Assembly: GCA_951406725.2 (NCBI GenBank)
Contig: OX597820.1
Location: forward strand, 126,914,001-126,978,000
DNA length: 64,000 nucleotides
Direction: 5' to 3'
DNA from: Octopus vulgaris
Taxonomy: Eukaryota
Below, piece after piece: positions 27,520 through 41,450 of the stretch. Position 1 is the stretch's first letter, and each line of letters begins with the position of its first letter. A program made the position numbers and the translations under genes. Under the pieces are notes generated by a model, which was given only the letters and a program-made list of their open reading frames with translations, made no database searches and had not been told where the DNA came from.

Positions 27520-27956
27520 AATCCACTGATATAGTCATATGTTCGGATATATGTATATACTAAATAGCCATTAAGAGTTCTGACCATATCATCTTTTAAG
27601 CATGCTGTCTGGTCCACCGATGTCACGCTAGGATGGCTGGATAACTATCGAAAGATTTATTGTCATATGCTGATCTACGAATATGACACAGCGGGTGTGT
27701 GTGTGTGTGTAAAGGACTAACAGTTTGATGGGTACTGACACACTTAATGCTTTACTTTATTTTACTTTATTGCATGTTTTATTTTCTTTATTCTTTGTAT
27801 TTTCCTCAATTACATCCTGTTTGTAAATACAGCTTCACAACTAAACCTGTTCCTAGCCATTTCTTCTCAATGTATTTAAGCTACGACCATTAACAACATG
27901 CTCTAATGAATCCAAACGAACGAAACATTGTTATGTAACACAGTACGCACTATTAC

Positions 27957-28062
27957 ATCACCTGACAAGATACCTCTGCACCGTAGGATGGACCGAAATT
28001 AATTGTATAGATTCCCACCAGCGAGGGAGCAATGCAGGACGTGTCGAAACGATCGTTGTGAT
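27957..28062 (+). ncRNA. Type I hammerhead motif, G8->A mutated
   Basis: ATCAC CTGACAA GATAC..(long loop)..GTGTC GAAAC GATC GTT GTGAT, followed by AATAAA. Confidence 0.6.
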
Positions 28063-28158
28063 CATCAATAAAGTTTCCCGTGTATTCCATTTTCCGCCTC
28101 TGCCATTTCTGCTATATATATTTATATATTGGGAAGTTAAAAGTTATGACCGGTCATA

Positions 28159-28218
28159 GAGTGACCGTTAGTTTCGCACTTATAAAGCGCTTAGTAGTAT
28201 AGGCGACTCGTCAGACTC
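28159..28218 (-). ncRNA. Type I hammerhead ribozyme with intact core
   Basis: Minus strand: GAGT CTGACGA GTCGCCTATA..TATAAGTGC GAAAC TAACG GTC ACTC. Confidence 0.8.
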
Positions 28219-28230
28219 AAATGGTTGAAG

Positions 28231-28310
<80 letters not shown>

Positions 28311-28902
28311 ATATATATATACAATTGAAATTATAAATTTGCACTCGTTTGTACATCTATGCACCAGTGGATCTTAATATCATGTAAACCGAATACTTTT
28401 ATTTCTTATTTTGTATGTATATACAGATATTTAATGCTTTGCATGATACTGTAGTACTATTGTGGTCCTTAGTTTTGCTATTATATCGTTAATAATGGGA
28501 TCTATATATTGTTTTGCTAGTATTGGTGTTATTAATAATAAGAATAATATTGGTAGCATTAGTGGTAATGATAATGGTAATGATGCTAACATTAATGACA
28601 TTTTGTAAAATAATATATATAAAATAATATAATGTACTCTTGACTCTGTATATCTGCATTTGGGTATTAAAATGTGTACGTTTTCTACATTGTAATATCA
28701 CAATATTAAGTTGAAAAACTGTAACATTGAATATGGAACATATGTATGTTTATTGAGTTATATTATTTATATTATTATGTATATGTATATATATATGTAT
28801 AGGAGTATGAGTATATTCACTCATATGTATATGTATATGTTTTATTATGGGTATGTACCCACACTTATGTAAATGTATATGTAATTTGGTTTGTATTTCA
28901 TA

Positions 28903-29029
28903 ATCTCCGAAGAGGCCTTAGGATATTTTTGTAACTGTCTCATTTATAACTACCTATTGACCTACCACACATGGCTAATATGAATAAAATGAGACATGCT
29001 TATCTGCATGGCCGAAACAGCTGTAAGAT
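28903..29029 (+). ncRNA. Type I hammerhead motif (CCGAAGA variant, long loop II) in a PLE-like pseudo-LTR
   Basis: ATCT CCGAAGA GGCC..(~92 nt)..GGCC GAAAC AGCT GTA AGAT. Confidence 0.68.
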
Positions 29030-29417
29030 GTAGTTTATATTTATATTTATATTTATTTATATTTATATTCTCTTATACATATTGTACTTATTGTATCATA
29101 TTACTCCTTTATGTACACTGTTTTGTCCTATATTATTATGTTTGACCTTAAAGTTTCTTATGTGGTGGTTTAATAAAGTATGTGATTAGGTATTATCTGG
29201 TAATTGATATTTGATTTGGATGTATTTGTCCATTTTCTTATTTTGTATTATGAATTTGTGGTAAAACATTTTACCTTTGCCCATATAATACAGTAAATGA
29301 ATTAATTGCATCGCAATTCTTAACATTTATGTATTAACTTTGTTGGGTACTTCACTAGCAGTATATTGGATATATGTTATCCCATGGAGGGTTGCATTTA
29401 CAACCCCTATCTCAATT

Positions 29418-29463
<46 letters not shown>

Positions 29464-29495
29464 CATACATACATATATATAGATAGATACATACA

Positions 29496-29529
<34 letters not shown>

Positions 29530-29657
29530 GCGTAGCAAATATTCGTTATAAATATCACTACCAGTGGCCTAGCATGTATAAATAGTCAATTGACAACATA
29601 TTACCTGTTAAAGGGTAGTTTTCTTTTGTGTTTAACTGTACACTATTTTAAAATATG

Positions 29658-29700
<43 letters not shown>

Positions 29701-30159
29701 TTCTCGACCCGATTACCCAGCCATGAGTACGCCTGCCATAACTGAAATTTCAATAGCTTGAAATGACTTGAAACAGGGGAAACAGTTAGTACTAACTGAA
29801 TCGCGAATTCAGTTCTCTTCTATGAAACATTACTATTGGTTTTGCTATACAGATGGCGCCCAAACATAATGACAACAACAACAACAGTAACTATAAAACA
29901 AGTAAATAATAACAAGTAGTGTTCAACAAATGAGATTAGTAGTAAAGAACTAAATGAAACAATAACGATACATTCGCTGGTAGAGTCGAATAGATTTAAC
30001 AGTGAACGAAGAGAAAAAGCACAACTGAGGAAGGAACGCTTCGTATGTAATTACATAATAACAAGGAATCGATAAACGAGATGTCTTTTTAATTGCTAGG
30101 GATGTATTTATAATGTAATTAATGGCTTGGATGCTTTATTAACTTCTTGTCTTGTTATT

Positions 30160-30570
30160 CTTTTTGTGTTGTTGTTGTTGTTGTTGTAAGTGTTGCTGCT
30201 ATCTTTTGTTACTTCGAGGCTGTTATGTTCTTTCTACTAGTGTGCCCAATTTTAGAACTGGTTATTGTGTTGCAGCAAAACATAGGTCTTGTTGTTGTTG
30301 TTGTTGGCGGTGGTGGTGGTAATGGCGGCGGTGGTATGGTGGTAGCTGCGTTCATTGTTAGGTATTTGTGAAGGTAACTGTAGTGTTGATGGTGGTGTGG
30401 TGGTAGTGATAGTGGTGGTGGTGGTGGTGGTGGTGGTGGTAGTAGTGGTCGTGGTAGTTGCAGTGGTAGTGGTCGTCATCATTGTGGTGGTGGTGGTGGT
30501 GGTGGTGGTCGCCGCCGTCGTCGTCGTCGTCACAGTGGTGGCAATGGTGGAGAGGGTGATAGTCGTTACC
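30160..30570. repeat. Imperfect (GTT)n/(GGT)n/(GTC)n trinucleotide repeats
   Basis: Direct read; explains the poly-Thr and poly-Val ORFs. Confidence 0.9.
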
Positions 30571-31120
30571 ATTTTGTAATTTTTTTCTAAATCAGTCATT
30601 TTGAGAAGGAGCTATATACTCTCCCCTCTCTGTGGAGGCCCTAGAACATTTGAAAGGATCTTCAGATTGAAAACTAAGAAAAGGAGAAAAGTGCTGATGT
30701 ACGGAAGGGGAAGCCACGGTTGAAAAACTGTGAGAAAGGAACCTATTATATCCGATGTAATGTCCAAGCAGCATTTTGTTGTCAGTCCGTCGTTAGAATG
30801 ATTACCAAAAGGAAGTCAAGCGGCGGGTTTGTTCACCAACCTGAATAAACAGTTATATAAGGATCATTTATATTTTTATTTTCAAATCATTCGTCTTACA
30901 TATATATAAACCCATCCGCTTTAAAATTGTGTAACGAATGCGTCTGTGCTTGTTTGTCCCCTCTATGTATCCTTTTATAAGGAAATAAAGGAAAATTCCG
31001 TCGTTAGAATGAGTTAGGAAACTCATTGGGGAAACACATTGGTTCAGGATTTTAACTGTGATGTCAAGTTTTCGTTGGTGGCGCAATAAAAGTATTTCTG
31101 TAACATTGAACAAATAAGTA

Positions 31121-31689
31121 TTGGGTTGTCCAGAAAGTTCATGCCGATTTATAGCAGCTTACCTTTCGACTTATTTTAGAACATGGTTGAGTCCATAAAA
31201 CAGGATTTGACTACACTTCCATTTAGAACACAGTTTAAGCTATCTTTTCGTGGAAGAAGGCTTATGTTCCTATAACCTGTGTTAATTCTGTAACCCTTTA
31301 AAATGGAAGATAAGAAAGTTCATTTTCGGCACTTGATGCTTTGGGAACCAGACAAAAATTGCTGCAGCTCGGCTGGGATGTGTTACCCCCACCCTCCATA
31401 TTCACCAGATATTGTTCCTTCGGACTTCCACTTAACCAGGTCTCTGCAGAATAGTCTTAATGGTAAAAATTTCAATTCCTTTGGATGACGTAAAAAAGAT
31501 ACCTTGATGAGTTCTTTGCCATGAAACCACCTCAGTTCTGGGAAGAGGATATTTTCAAGTTAAAGGAAAGATGGAGATGTATTGTGCAACAAAATGGTTC
31601 ATATTTTGTTCATTAAAAATGTAATGGCAAGTATTTATTAACCTTTTTCTTTCCTTTAAAAATCGGCACGAACTTTCCAGACAACCCAA
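31121..31689 (+). mobile_element. Internally deleted mariner element (569 bp)
   Basis: TA|TTGGGTTGTCCAGAAAGTTC..GAACTTTCCAGACAACCCAA|TA; N-terminal MEDKKVHFRHLMLWE joined to C-terminal HPPYSPDIVPSDFHL. Confidence 0.92.
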
Positions 31690-32696
31690 TATTTAGAAGT
31701 AGACAAAGATAAAACACAAAACTTAGATTATAATCCAGTGGTAATCGTCTAGATATCTACATCAGCGTGATGGTAATGAAATACCCTCAAAAAGTTTCAA
31801 GAACAACGAAAAACGGAAATAGAAAATAACAGTAGAAAGAAGAAGAGGGTAAATAATATAAACTGCATTTAAAGAATGAACAGAGACTAATTCAGCATAA
31901 TGGATGCCCTGCTTCTCGTTTGCAGCGTGAACAACAGCTGCTTTCCTGCTTAATGCAGCTTACCGAGCAAAGATTAATAATTGTGTGGGGTCTTCTTATA
32001 ACAATATAACCTTACCCTTTAACACACCTTTACACTAATAAGTTTACACATACACATCTCGCTAAGATCATTGAAATATAAATGTCTGCTTTTATATTTA
32101 ACACTTTCGTGTACATTCAAAAGTGGAAAGACCGTGGATGCAGACACAGTTTCAGGAGGGAAATTCTTATAGAAAATGACATCATTTGAATGTACACAGC
32201 TAATGTTTTTCGCATGGATTGTCTATAGGGAGAATTTCTTTCTCGAGTTGCCCCAAAGAATGTCTTTTCATGTCTCATTTTATACGAACGAGTTCAATAT
32301 AATTTCACATACCTATATTTCAAATACCACTGCTTGGGGTACCTCTATTTAATTCTAAATTGAAAAAGCTTCTCACACGCAAACAAATCTATTGTATGCT
32401 GTTTAAACATGAGAAACGCAGTTCTTAGCGGTCCGTTGATGGAGCGTAATGATGTGCGCTATGATCCGATGATGTAATTCATAGCTTAATACTGTGTTTT
32501 TCGCATGCACTCTCTACAGATAGAATTTCTCACCCAAGAGAGCTTCTCCAGTGAGTACGTTTTATGTACATGAACGCTTGAGTACATAAACATGTTTGTG
32601 TACACGAACATATTAAATACAAACGTACACGCCAATATTCCAATCATTACTGCTTAGTGTTCTTCCTTTTGATAAGCACACGCGCTCACACACGTA

Positions 32697-33219
32697 CCGT
32701 AAATCCTCGAGTATAGTCCGCCCTTGAGTATAATACGCAGGGAATTTTTAGGGGGCTGTACCACTGAAAAACCTAAACCTTGTGTGTAATACGCACCCAT
32801 TCTCTAACTTGAGTCGTGAGTAATTAAGCCAGCAGCACCAAGTCGAACAAACACTTCCGCGCATGCGTAATACAATAATGGTGATGTTCTTAACTGTTAT
32901 ATGGGAATGTAAATATGTTTGCAAATTGTTTTTGTTACATGTTATTGTGTGTTCTGAATACTTTTATTTTAATAAATGTTGCTTTACTGCAAGTTATGGA
33001 TGATCCTTTTATGACTTCATTGCTTTCAGGTTTAGCTTAAGGTATTTTCGTGCTCGGCATCACAAAATGCGTCTGAATAAATATTGCCGGACAGCAAATA
33101 GAGACTCGAACATTGCTTAGACAATATTTTTCATTTTTAACCTCGTATATAGTACGCACTAGGGATTTGGACCTTTAAATTTTGGGGAAAAAATGCGGAT
33201 TATACTCGAGGAATTACGG
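32697..33219 (+). mobile_element. pogo/Tc1-mariner-type MITE, copy 2
   Basis: Same TIRs and TA target as 21355-21877; right TA runs into (TA)n. Confidence 0.92.
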
Positions 33220-33998
33220 TATATATATATATATATATATATATAGGGAGAGTTTACGAAAAAAAACAAAATACGAAGACAGGTGGTGTACAAAACAAAC
33301 AGATGTATTAGTATAACGCTCATGAATAGAAAAAGTCTTTTACGTTTCGAGCCTATGCACGCGCGCGCACACACACACGGAGTAAACCGTCAACTTTCCA
33401 TATAAGTAACAACATTTATCCACTCTACCATTGTATTGGTTCTATATCAGTTACTGTTTGCGTTATATAAAGTATATTTAAATTCAATACTACGTAAAAT
33501 ATATTCTAATATACATTTTACAACACTTATGATATATCGATACGAGCATGTTTTGTGCTTATTATTTAGTAATTTTCATCGTTTCGGGGTCGATAAAATA
33601 AGTATCAGTCGAGAACTGAGATCGATGTAATCAACTTACCCCCTCCTCCGAAAGTGCTCGCCTTGTACCAAAATTTGATTTTATCGACATTTAGTAATGT
33701 TAACGCGGGGAGCTGGCAGAATCGTTAGCGCGTACGTCTTTATATTCCGAGTTCAATAAGTACCATTTGCGAACTGGGGTCAATGTAATTGCCTTGTCTC
33801 ACCTCCCATCCCCGATTTTGCTGACCATGTGCCAAAATTTGAAACCAATATTTACTAATGATAATCAAAATTTTAGATAACATTTATGCATTTAGAGATG
33901 GCGGGACTTTATGCTATTAATAAAATCGAGTTTATTAAATCATATTAGCCAGTAAGTTGAAACTTATTCATAGCAAACTCATAAATAGACAGACAGAC

Positions 33999-34089
<91 letters not shown>

Positions 34090-34150
34090 GGCATCTATAT
34101 TACGTATACATATAATGTCTGCGTATATATATATATAGAGAGAGATATAG

Positions 34151-34234
<84 letters not shown>

Positions 34235-35183
34235 ATATATATATATACATATATATATACGTATATATACGTATAAGTATATATAACGTAATGTGTGTGT
34301 ATGTGTGTGTGTGCGTGTGTGTATGCGTGTGTGTGTGTGTGTGTTTGTGCGCGTAATACTATAGGAATAAAAGCTGACAATTAAATTTGGAGTTGTTTGA
34401 CTAATCTTGGAATCATTTCGTGAAGAAGTTGCAACATAGACATTTAAGTGGAATAACTCCAAACTTAATTGTCAGATGTTACTTATTTTATTGCGTTATG
34501 ATTACCCCACGACTTTATTGAGCACTAAATCACTTTGCTGTTAACTGTAAATTATTGCAAAGTACAGTGTGCATACGTGTGTGTGTGTGTACGTGTGTGT
34601 GTGCGTGTGCGTGCGTGTGAATTTATACACACGCACACACACACATACACATTGAATCAACAGACGAAATTAAGAGAATCTCAATATAGAATACAGTAGC
34701 ACTCAAATGATTTGAACTTACACTCTGATATCTTTACTCACACAACCTCTTCCTTGCCTTCTACTATACCGATTCTTCCTTTAAATTTCCCTGCATAGTG
34801 ATGTGGTACGTTAGACGCTTATCTATCCACCCTGATCAAGAAGGGTCTGGATTTTACCAGCGTTTATTTGCTTCCATTACTGGCTGCAAATTTTTGACGA
34901 ACTACATCTGCTAACATTTTGAAGTAAGTCCGAGCCCTCAGAAACAGCTGACGGACTTGTAACACATTCTCCGTTCTAATTCTTTGAGTCGATGTAATCT
35001 GAGTACTTTGCTCTATAAAAAAAAATATATATTTATACTTGATTGTTAGTCATCTGAATATTTAAGGTCTGCCTTCTCTTTTTACATGTATACAGGAAGA
35101 TATATATATATATAAGAATTTCTTGCGTAATGAGATAAAAAAAACCAAGGCTGAATAGATATTAGAGCATTTATAGATAGAAG

Positions 35184-35235
35184 GTCTTACAGCTGTTTCT
35201 AGAATATTAATTAATAATATCCCTTCATCGGAGAC
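35184..35235 (-). ncRNA. Type I hammerhead motif (CCGATGA variant)
   Basis: Minus strand: GTCT CCGATGA AGGGATATT-ATTAATT-AATATTCTA GAAAC AGCT GTA AGAC. Confidence 0.72.
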
Positions 35236-35401
35236 GGTGTGAGAGGAAAAATTAAGTCATAGTTAGTTTCAATGGGATACAAATAGCGAGTGAGGTGGAG
35301 GAAAGAAAATAGATGCAAGATATGTATGGGTATTGGATTCGTAAATCCGTTTTATAGGCATAATGGTGTATATGTGTAGGGTCTCAATGACACCATTATC
35401 T

Positions 35402-35443
<42 letters not shown>

Positions 35444-35486
35444 ACATTAAAACCCAAGGTTTTATCTGTTTATTCGAATCATTGCT

Positions 35487-35553
<67 letters not shown>

Positions 35554-36139
35554 CTCACACACTTATAGTTCTTCAAGTTTTCATAAGTTACAAAAGACAG
35601 GTACTCGAATATTGTATGTCAGGTTTTAGTGTAGGAATATTATTCATACAATGTTATTCACTTATTCTCATAGCAGTCAATTCCTGTTACTAAATGATTT
35701 CGTGCTGAAGAACATTCCAAATATTGAAAGATGAATTAACAATCATCAGACAAATTAGTCCACGTAGCCATGTCTGATTATGATTAATTTACCCTCATCA
35801 CACTTCGAAGGTTGTTTTTAGCATGAAACCATTTCGTAACATGAGTTGACTGCTTCGAGATTAAATGTGTGATATTGTTTCCATAATGTGTCTATATTAG
35901 ACAAGGTTTGACCGAATATCGTTGAACACTTTGTGTTTTATCACCTATTGTTGATTCAGAGATATTTCTGCATAGGAAACTTAAACATTTCATGTACACT
36001 TTTCACGTACACTTTTCACGTTGCTACGCATCCATCGCTGGTATAAGAGAGCCGGCATTTTTTTATCAGAACATCAAGATTAGGTAGTATCTTTGTCCCT
36101 CTTGTTAATCAGGCATTTAGTTGCTATTTATGTATATCG

Positions 36140-36328
36140 TTATTCAGCTTTATTTCAAAATTTGTTGTCAGTAGAGAACGAGCTGGTTTCTAACCTAGAT
36201 CCAAGGCTCCTTCACTGGAATTTCAACATCAACAACAGGGTATTTTTGAATGCATGTATACATGCAGATTTGTATGTTTTGTTTTATGAATGTCTTCTCA
36301 TGCAAATGCATGCATATCTAGACATGGT

Positions 36329-36397
<69 letters not shown>

Positions 36398-36535
36398 AAG
36401 GAGAAACGTCTGGAAAGTTTTACAGATTTTTACAGTCCCAGTGATGGACTGGATCTGCAGTTATCGAATCAGCTTTCTCCTTTCTGGTTTTGAGAAACCC
36501 AGTTTCTCAAGATTGATATAAACCTGAACTTGTAT
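36140..36535 (-). mobile_element. R4/Dong-like 3' fragment, copy 2, with internal (TA)n expansion
   Basis: Shared ttattcag..ctagatccaaggctccttca..caacatcaacaacagggt 3' UTR. Confidence 0.7.
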
Positions 36536-38025
36536 GTATGTATGTATGTATGTATGTATGTATGAATGTATGTATGTATATGTATGTATGTATGTATGAA
36601 TGAATGAATGAATGAATGAATGAATTAATTAATTAATTAATTAATTAATGAAGGCACACGCATGGTGTGTCTATAGTTCTTTTTAGAACACCTAAGACAT
36701 TTTTGGAGCGAGGGAAGAATCTTTAAACTGAATACTTGTCCCACATACTTGCAACAGGAGCGAATTCTGCAAAAGACATCCAAGGATTATGGCGGTGATA
36801 AATCGAGTAAATGGTTAATCGACCACCTTAGTACGGCATCGGAGAATTTAAGCACAGATTGCACAAATCCGGTACAAATTCAGCCCAGCACTCCGTCCGA
36901 CGGTCAAATGATTCTACCAGTTTACCGCATTATTCTGTGTATACATATTTTTTTTTCTTTTATGTATTTCAGTCATTAGACTGCGGCCATGCTGGGGCAC
37001 CGCCTTGAAGAATTTTAGAATCGACCCTAGTACCTTTTTAAAAAAAATAATAAACCTGGTACTTATTCTATCGGTCTCTTTTGCCGAACCGCTAGGTTAT
37101 GGGGACGGTTGTCATACGGTGGTGGGGGACAAACACACACACACGTACACACACAGGCACACATATACACGCACACACATATGTATAAAACACACACACA
37201 CGTGTGTGTGTATGTGTGTGTTATTGCGAGGATATAGATTCGTCTTAAAAGGGATGTCAACATCCCAGTCACCCCGATTTAATCCTATATAGCGATGAAA
37301 TGCTCGTGAGTCACGTTTTACTTAGTAGTATTGGCGTTTGTTATTTAACGAGCTGAAACCGTGCCATCAAAAATGACGGCTAATTGTAGTATTTTATATA
37401 TAAATATGGATGGTAGATCAAATGAATACACTTGTCAATGTTATCTGGTGGTTGTCTTTTCAGATGTGACATCGACCATCGTTCGTTACTGAAAGAACAC
37501 TGGTTCACACATACAAACATTCACATACTTCCCTGACACACGCACACACATACACACATATACTCACACAGTTTAAACGCTGTTTGATTTTTCTTTTCAG
37601 CGTTTAATGTTCACCATCCCGCTTCCATTGCACACACACACACACACATACACACACATTCACATACTTCTCTTTTACATACTCATACAGAGTTGAAAAG
37701 CACCCACTACCAGTTTGCCATCACCCCTTTCTTTCTTATTTATTTATCACCCCTTTCTTTCTCATTCATATGTTGTGGCGGAGAATAACAAGAGTATTAT
37801 TATAGTAGATAATAGGCACAAATACTAAACACATTACGGAGTCAAGGTATATTTTGACAGATGCTTGTTTCATATGGGTATATTTTAATATTGTATATGT
37901 TAAAGAAGATGCAGAGTTTTAACAGATAACATCAATTTATTGACATATTGTCGATTTGTAAATAAATTGATGTTATCTGTTAAATTGATTTTATCTGTTA
38001 AAACATTCGATTTTCTTCTTTATAC

Positions 38026-38065
<40 letters not shown>

Positions 38066-38376
38066 GGGTTTCTTTCAGTTTCCGTCTACTATATCCACAC
38101 ACAAGGCTTTGGTCGGCCTGAAACTATAATAGAAGACACCTACTCAAAGTAGCACGCATTGAGAATGACCCCTGTACCATGTTCCCCAATAAAAAAAAAA
38201 TTCGCCCATCAAAATAATGTCATTACGCCATTTTCTTTTGGAATTGTATTCCCCTCTGACCTTGTGCCTGCTCTTCGAAAAACTCCTGGGACCGCGCCTG
38301 CACACAGCCAATCAATAGATAAGCTATGTAAGTATGTATGTACGAATGTCTTAATATACATATATCTATACATGTA

Positions 38377-38600
38377 AGGTGGTGAGATAGCTGAATGGTT
38401 AGCATGCCAAGCAAAAATGCTAAGCGGTATTACGTCCGTCTTTACGATCTGAGTTCAAGTTCTGCCATAGCCTACTTCACTCTTCATCCTTTTGGAGATC
38501 GATAAAATAAGTACCAGTTGAGTGCTGGGGATGGGGCTCGATGTAACTGACTTATCCTCGCCTCCGAATTTGCTGACTTAGTGCTAAAATTTTGAAATCA
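38377..38600 (+). mobile_element. Diverged family A SINE
   Basis: Head, B box gagttcaagttc and core recognisable. Confidence 0.7.
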
Positions 38601-38621
38601 ATATACCTATACATCAATATA

Positions 38622-38654
<33 letters not shown>

Positions 38655-39192
38655 CAAAACACTAACGCCATACACATGTATCTGTGTATGTACACCACCA
38701 CTAAATAATAAAATTGAAAATCCAAATAATAACAGAATAAAAGAAGCTATTTATTTAAATATTTTTTCCCTCCTCGGTTAAGCAGTGACTGAAAAATATA
38801 ATAACTGTTTGTCTGCTTGTGTTTCGTGGTTTGTTTTCTTCTAATTTATAACAAAAAATATTTTTTTAAAAACTATTTTTTTCCCATTTGTTAGTTGTCG
38901 GCGGGGTGGGGTGGGGTGGTGACTCGTTAGTTTTGCTTTTGTCTTTTTTCTTCATCGTAATTTACTTACAGACTGAGATGTAGTTTTTTCCTCTTTAGCT
39001 TCTATATTCTTTGATAAAAGCAACAATTTTAACTGTATCAGTCAGCAGCAAAAGAAAAACAAGAGAAAAGAACAAAAACTGCACTTACTTTCGGAAATGT
39101 AAGTACTGTGTAAACATGAATGTGATTGAGAGAGAGAGAGAGACAGGGAGGGAGAGAGAGAGAGAGAGAGAGTGAGAGAGAGAGACAGAGAC

Positions 39193-39253
<61 letters not shown>

Positions 39254-39293
39254 GTTCATGTTTGAAAGTGTGTGTGTGTCATGCGTGTATCTA

Positions 39294-40385
39294 CAGCCTT
39301 GGCCAAAAGTATTAGGCCACCCAATGTTTTGGGGTTCTGCTATCTCAATGTTAACGAAACTCGTGTGTGTGGTAGATTATGGTGTATTTCACAATATACA
39401 TTAGTTGACCCTTCTTTAGCATCAGTTACCGCTTTTATACAGATAGGCATTGAATAAATTAGTTTCTTGCAGATGCTAGGCACAATTTTGCCCCATCCTT
39501 CTCTCAACATTTGGTACAAATGCTCTTTATTTTTAATTGTTGTGATCCTGATAGCTTCGCCAAGAGTTCCCCATAGGTGGTCGATTGGATTTAGATCGGG
39601 ACTTTGAGCTGGCCAGTCCATGGGAACACTCCTGGATGTAATTTAGCAATTGATGCCTCTAAAACATCCGATAACATAGAAACACAGGTAGTTGAATTCA
39701 TCCTTCCCTGACATAGAAACATTTCTCCGGGTCCCATGGTAGACATGCAAGCCCACACCATGATTGAACCACCCCCATGTTTTACGGTTGGTACCAGACA
39801 TTCAGCCTTAAATGCTTCCCCAACTCTGCGATGCACGAAAGTTGCAGCAGATATACCGAAAACCTGAGTAAAAACATGAAAAATAATATTATCTTTATGT
39901 TGGATACTTTTTTTTATATATTTCGGGCAACAAACCAGTAACATTAAGTTTATATATTGATTGAATACATATACTATCTTACCTCGTAGTTATTTTCATC
40001 AGACCATATAACTTTCGACCATTGCTCACTGGTCTAATTTGAGCGGTTTCGGGCCCACTGAAGACATTTTTCCATTTTCGCTTCAGAAACCCATGGCTTC
40101 TTCCTAGCTTTACAGCCTTTCAGACCGTACTCTACAAGCCTTCTTCTAACAGATCTTGTTGATATTTGTGAAGTACTTGCCTCGTTGAAGTCCGCACAGG
40201 GCTCCGACGATGTTTTTCTCCTGTTTCTGAGCGACTGACAGATGATGGATCTGTCATCACGAAGTGATGTACTTTTTTTCTACTTGTTCTTTGTATTGTT
40301 TTCACATCTTTGGTCTCTCTGAAGCTCTTGAGGGTCTAAACGGAAAGGTAAATATAAATCAGGAAGTGAGCATAACTACTGTGAG
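39294..40385 (-). mobile_element. Tc1-family transposon remnant with intron-containing transposase pseudogene
   Basis: TIR TA|CAGCCTTGGCCAAAAGTATTAGGCCACC; motifs KARKKP, VIWSDE, TVKHGGGSIMVWACM, WPAQSPDLNPIDHLW; GT-AG intron 39864-39982. Confidence 0.92.
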
Positions 40386-40389
40386 AGTA

Positions 40390-41450
40390 ATCCTTTAATT
40401 CCAGATATTAATGTTCACAAATATAAATATAATTATGTGATAAAAGGTTATAATTCTAAGGTGAATAATTTAGGTCATTCTAATTTAGTTTTGGACAAGA
40501 GTAACATTATTTGGTTTGTTATTCCTTATGCCAGTCAATTAAAAAGTAACTTAATTGGGGCGGTGTATAAATTGTTTTTAAAGCACTTCAATAAAAAAAA
40601 GTAGATATTATGAGATTTTGAATCTGAGATCCATAAGTTTGCTTTTTCGGTCTCTAGGAATCTATCTCAGATTATTTCTTCCATTAATGAAAAGAAATTA
40701 TCCTGTTCTTATCTTCGAGACAACTTAGTTAATACTAGCGAGACTGATTCCATGAGTACCAATGTTCATGATTTTCCCTAATAGCCAGTTTGGCAGGGAT
40801 GGTTTGAATTCTATTTCTAATATAAGTTTCAATAATAGTGGAGGTAATAGCCTATCACTTAATTATAATTCAATTGATGAAGGTGCAAATAGGGGTGAGA
40901 ATTCCCTTTGTGATTTGAAATTTGTTTCTTTGGTAATTTTCGTAAGCGTAGGGAAGTCGTCTATCAATTTAGTTGTTTCTGAAGGTAATGATTACTTTTA
41001 TACTGGTTCTACTAATTATATTAAGAAAAGGGATTCGAATTATTACCATTCCTTTAGGAACAGAAATAGGGCTTCTTCTACTAGTCTTAGTAATTTCATC
41101 TGGAATCTTAAACATAATAATAAAACGTACTTTACCGGATGGAGCATTTTAGGGACGGCTCCGGCTTATAGAATTGGTAATAGGTTCTGCTCTCTTTGTT
41201 CTGAGGAATTATTTTTGATTCTATTTTCTAGAAGAACGCTGCTAAACTCTAAATCTGAAAGGGTTTTTTTCTGTGTTCATAAGAATAAATACGTGTTTAA
41301 AAATGTTAAATAAGGTTGTCTATTATAAGTGTTTTATTAGATGATTTGGTGGTTTTTGAGAGTTTGATACTTTCGGTTTCACCGTTTGGTTTTTTTACTA
41401 CGATAGTTGATTCCTCTTGCTTTTTTTTCATAATTTAATTTTAAGATATT
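40390..41450 (+). mobile_element. Penelope-like element 3' region (RT thumb/linker + GIY-YIG endonuclease), decayed
   Basis: NIIWFVIPY motif (~40500); YTGST..KKR..HSFRN..STSLSNFIWNLK..WSIL..CSLCSEE..LLNSKSE..CVHKNK typical of PLE C-terminal endonuclease. Confidence 0.85.

Noticed and set aside
30252-30599. Mucin-like poly-Thr ORF
   Set aside because: Trinucleotide repeat with no splice context or signal peptide.
34925-34960. AAGTCC..GAAACAGCTGAC GGACTT remnant
   Set aside because: Stem I and palindromic loop are present but the CTGANGA box is absent; not supportable as a ribozyme.
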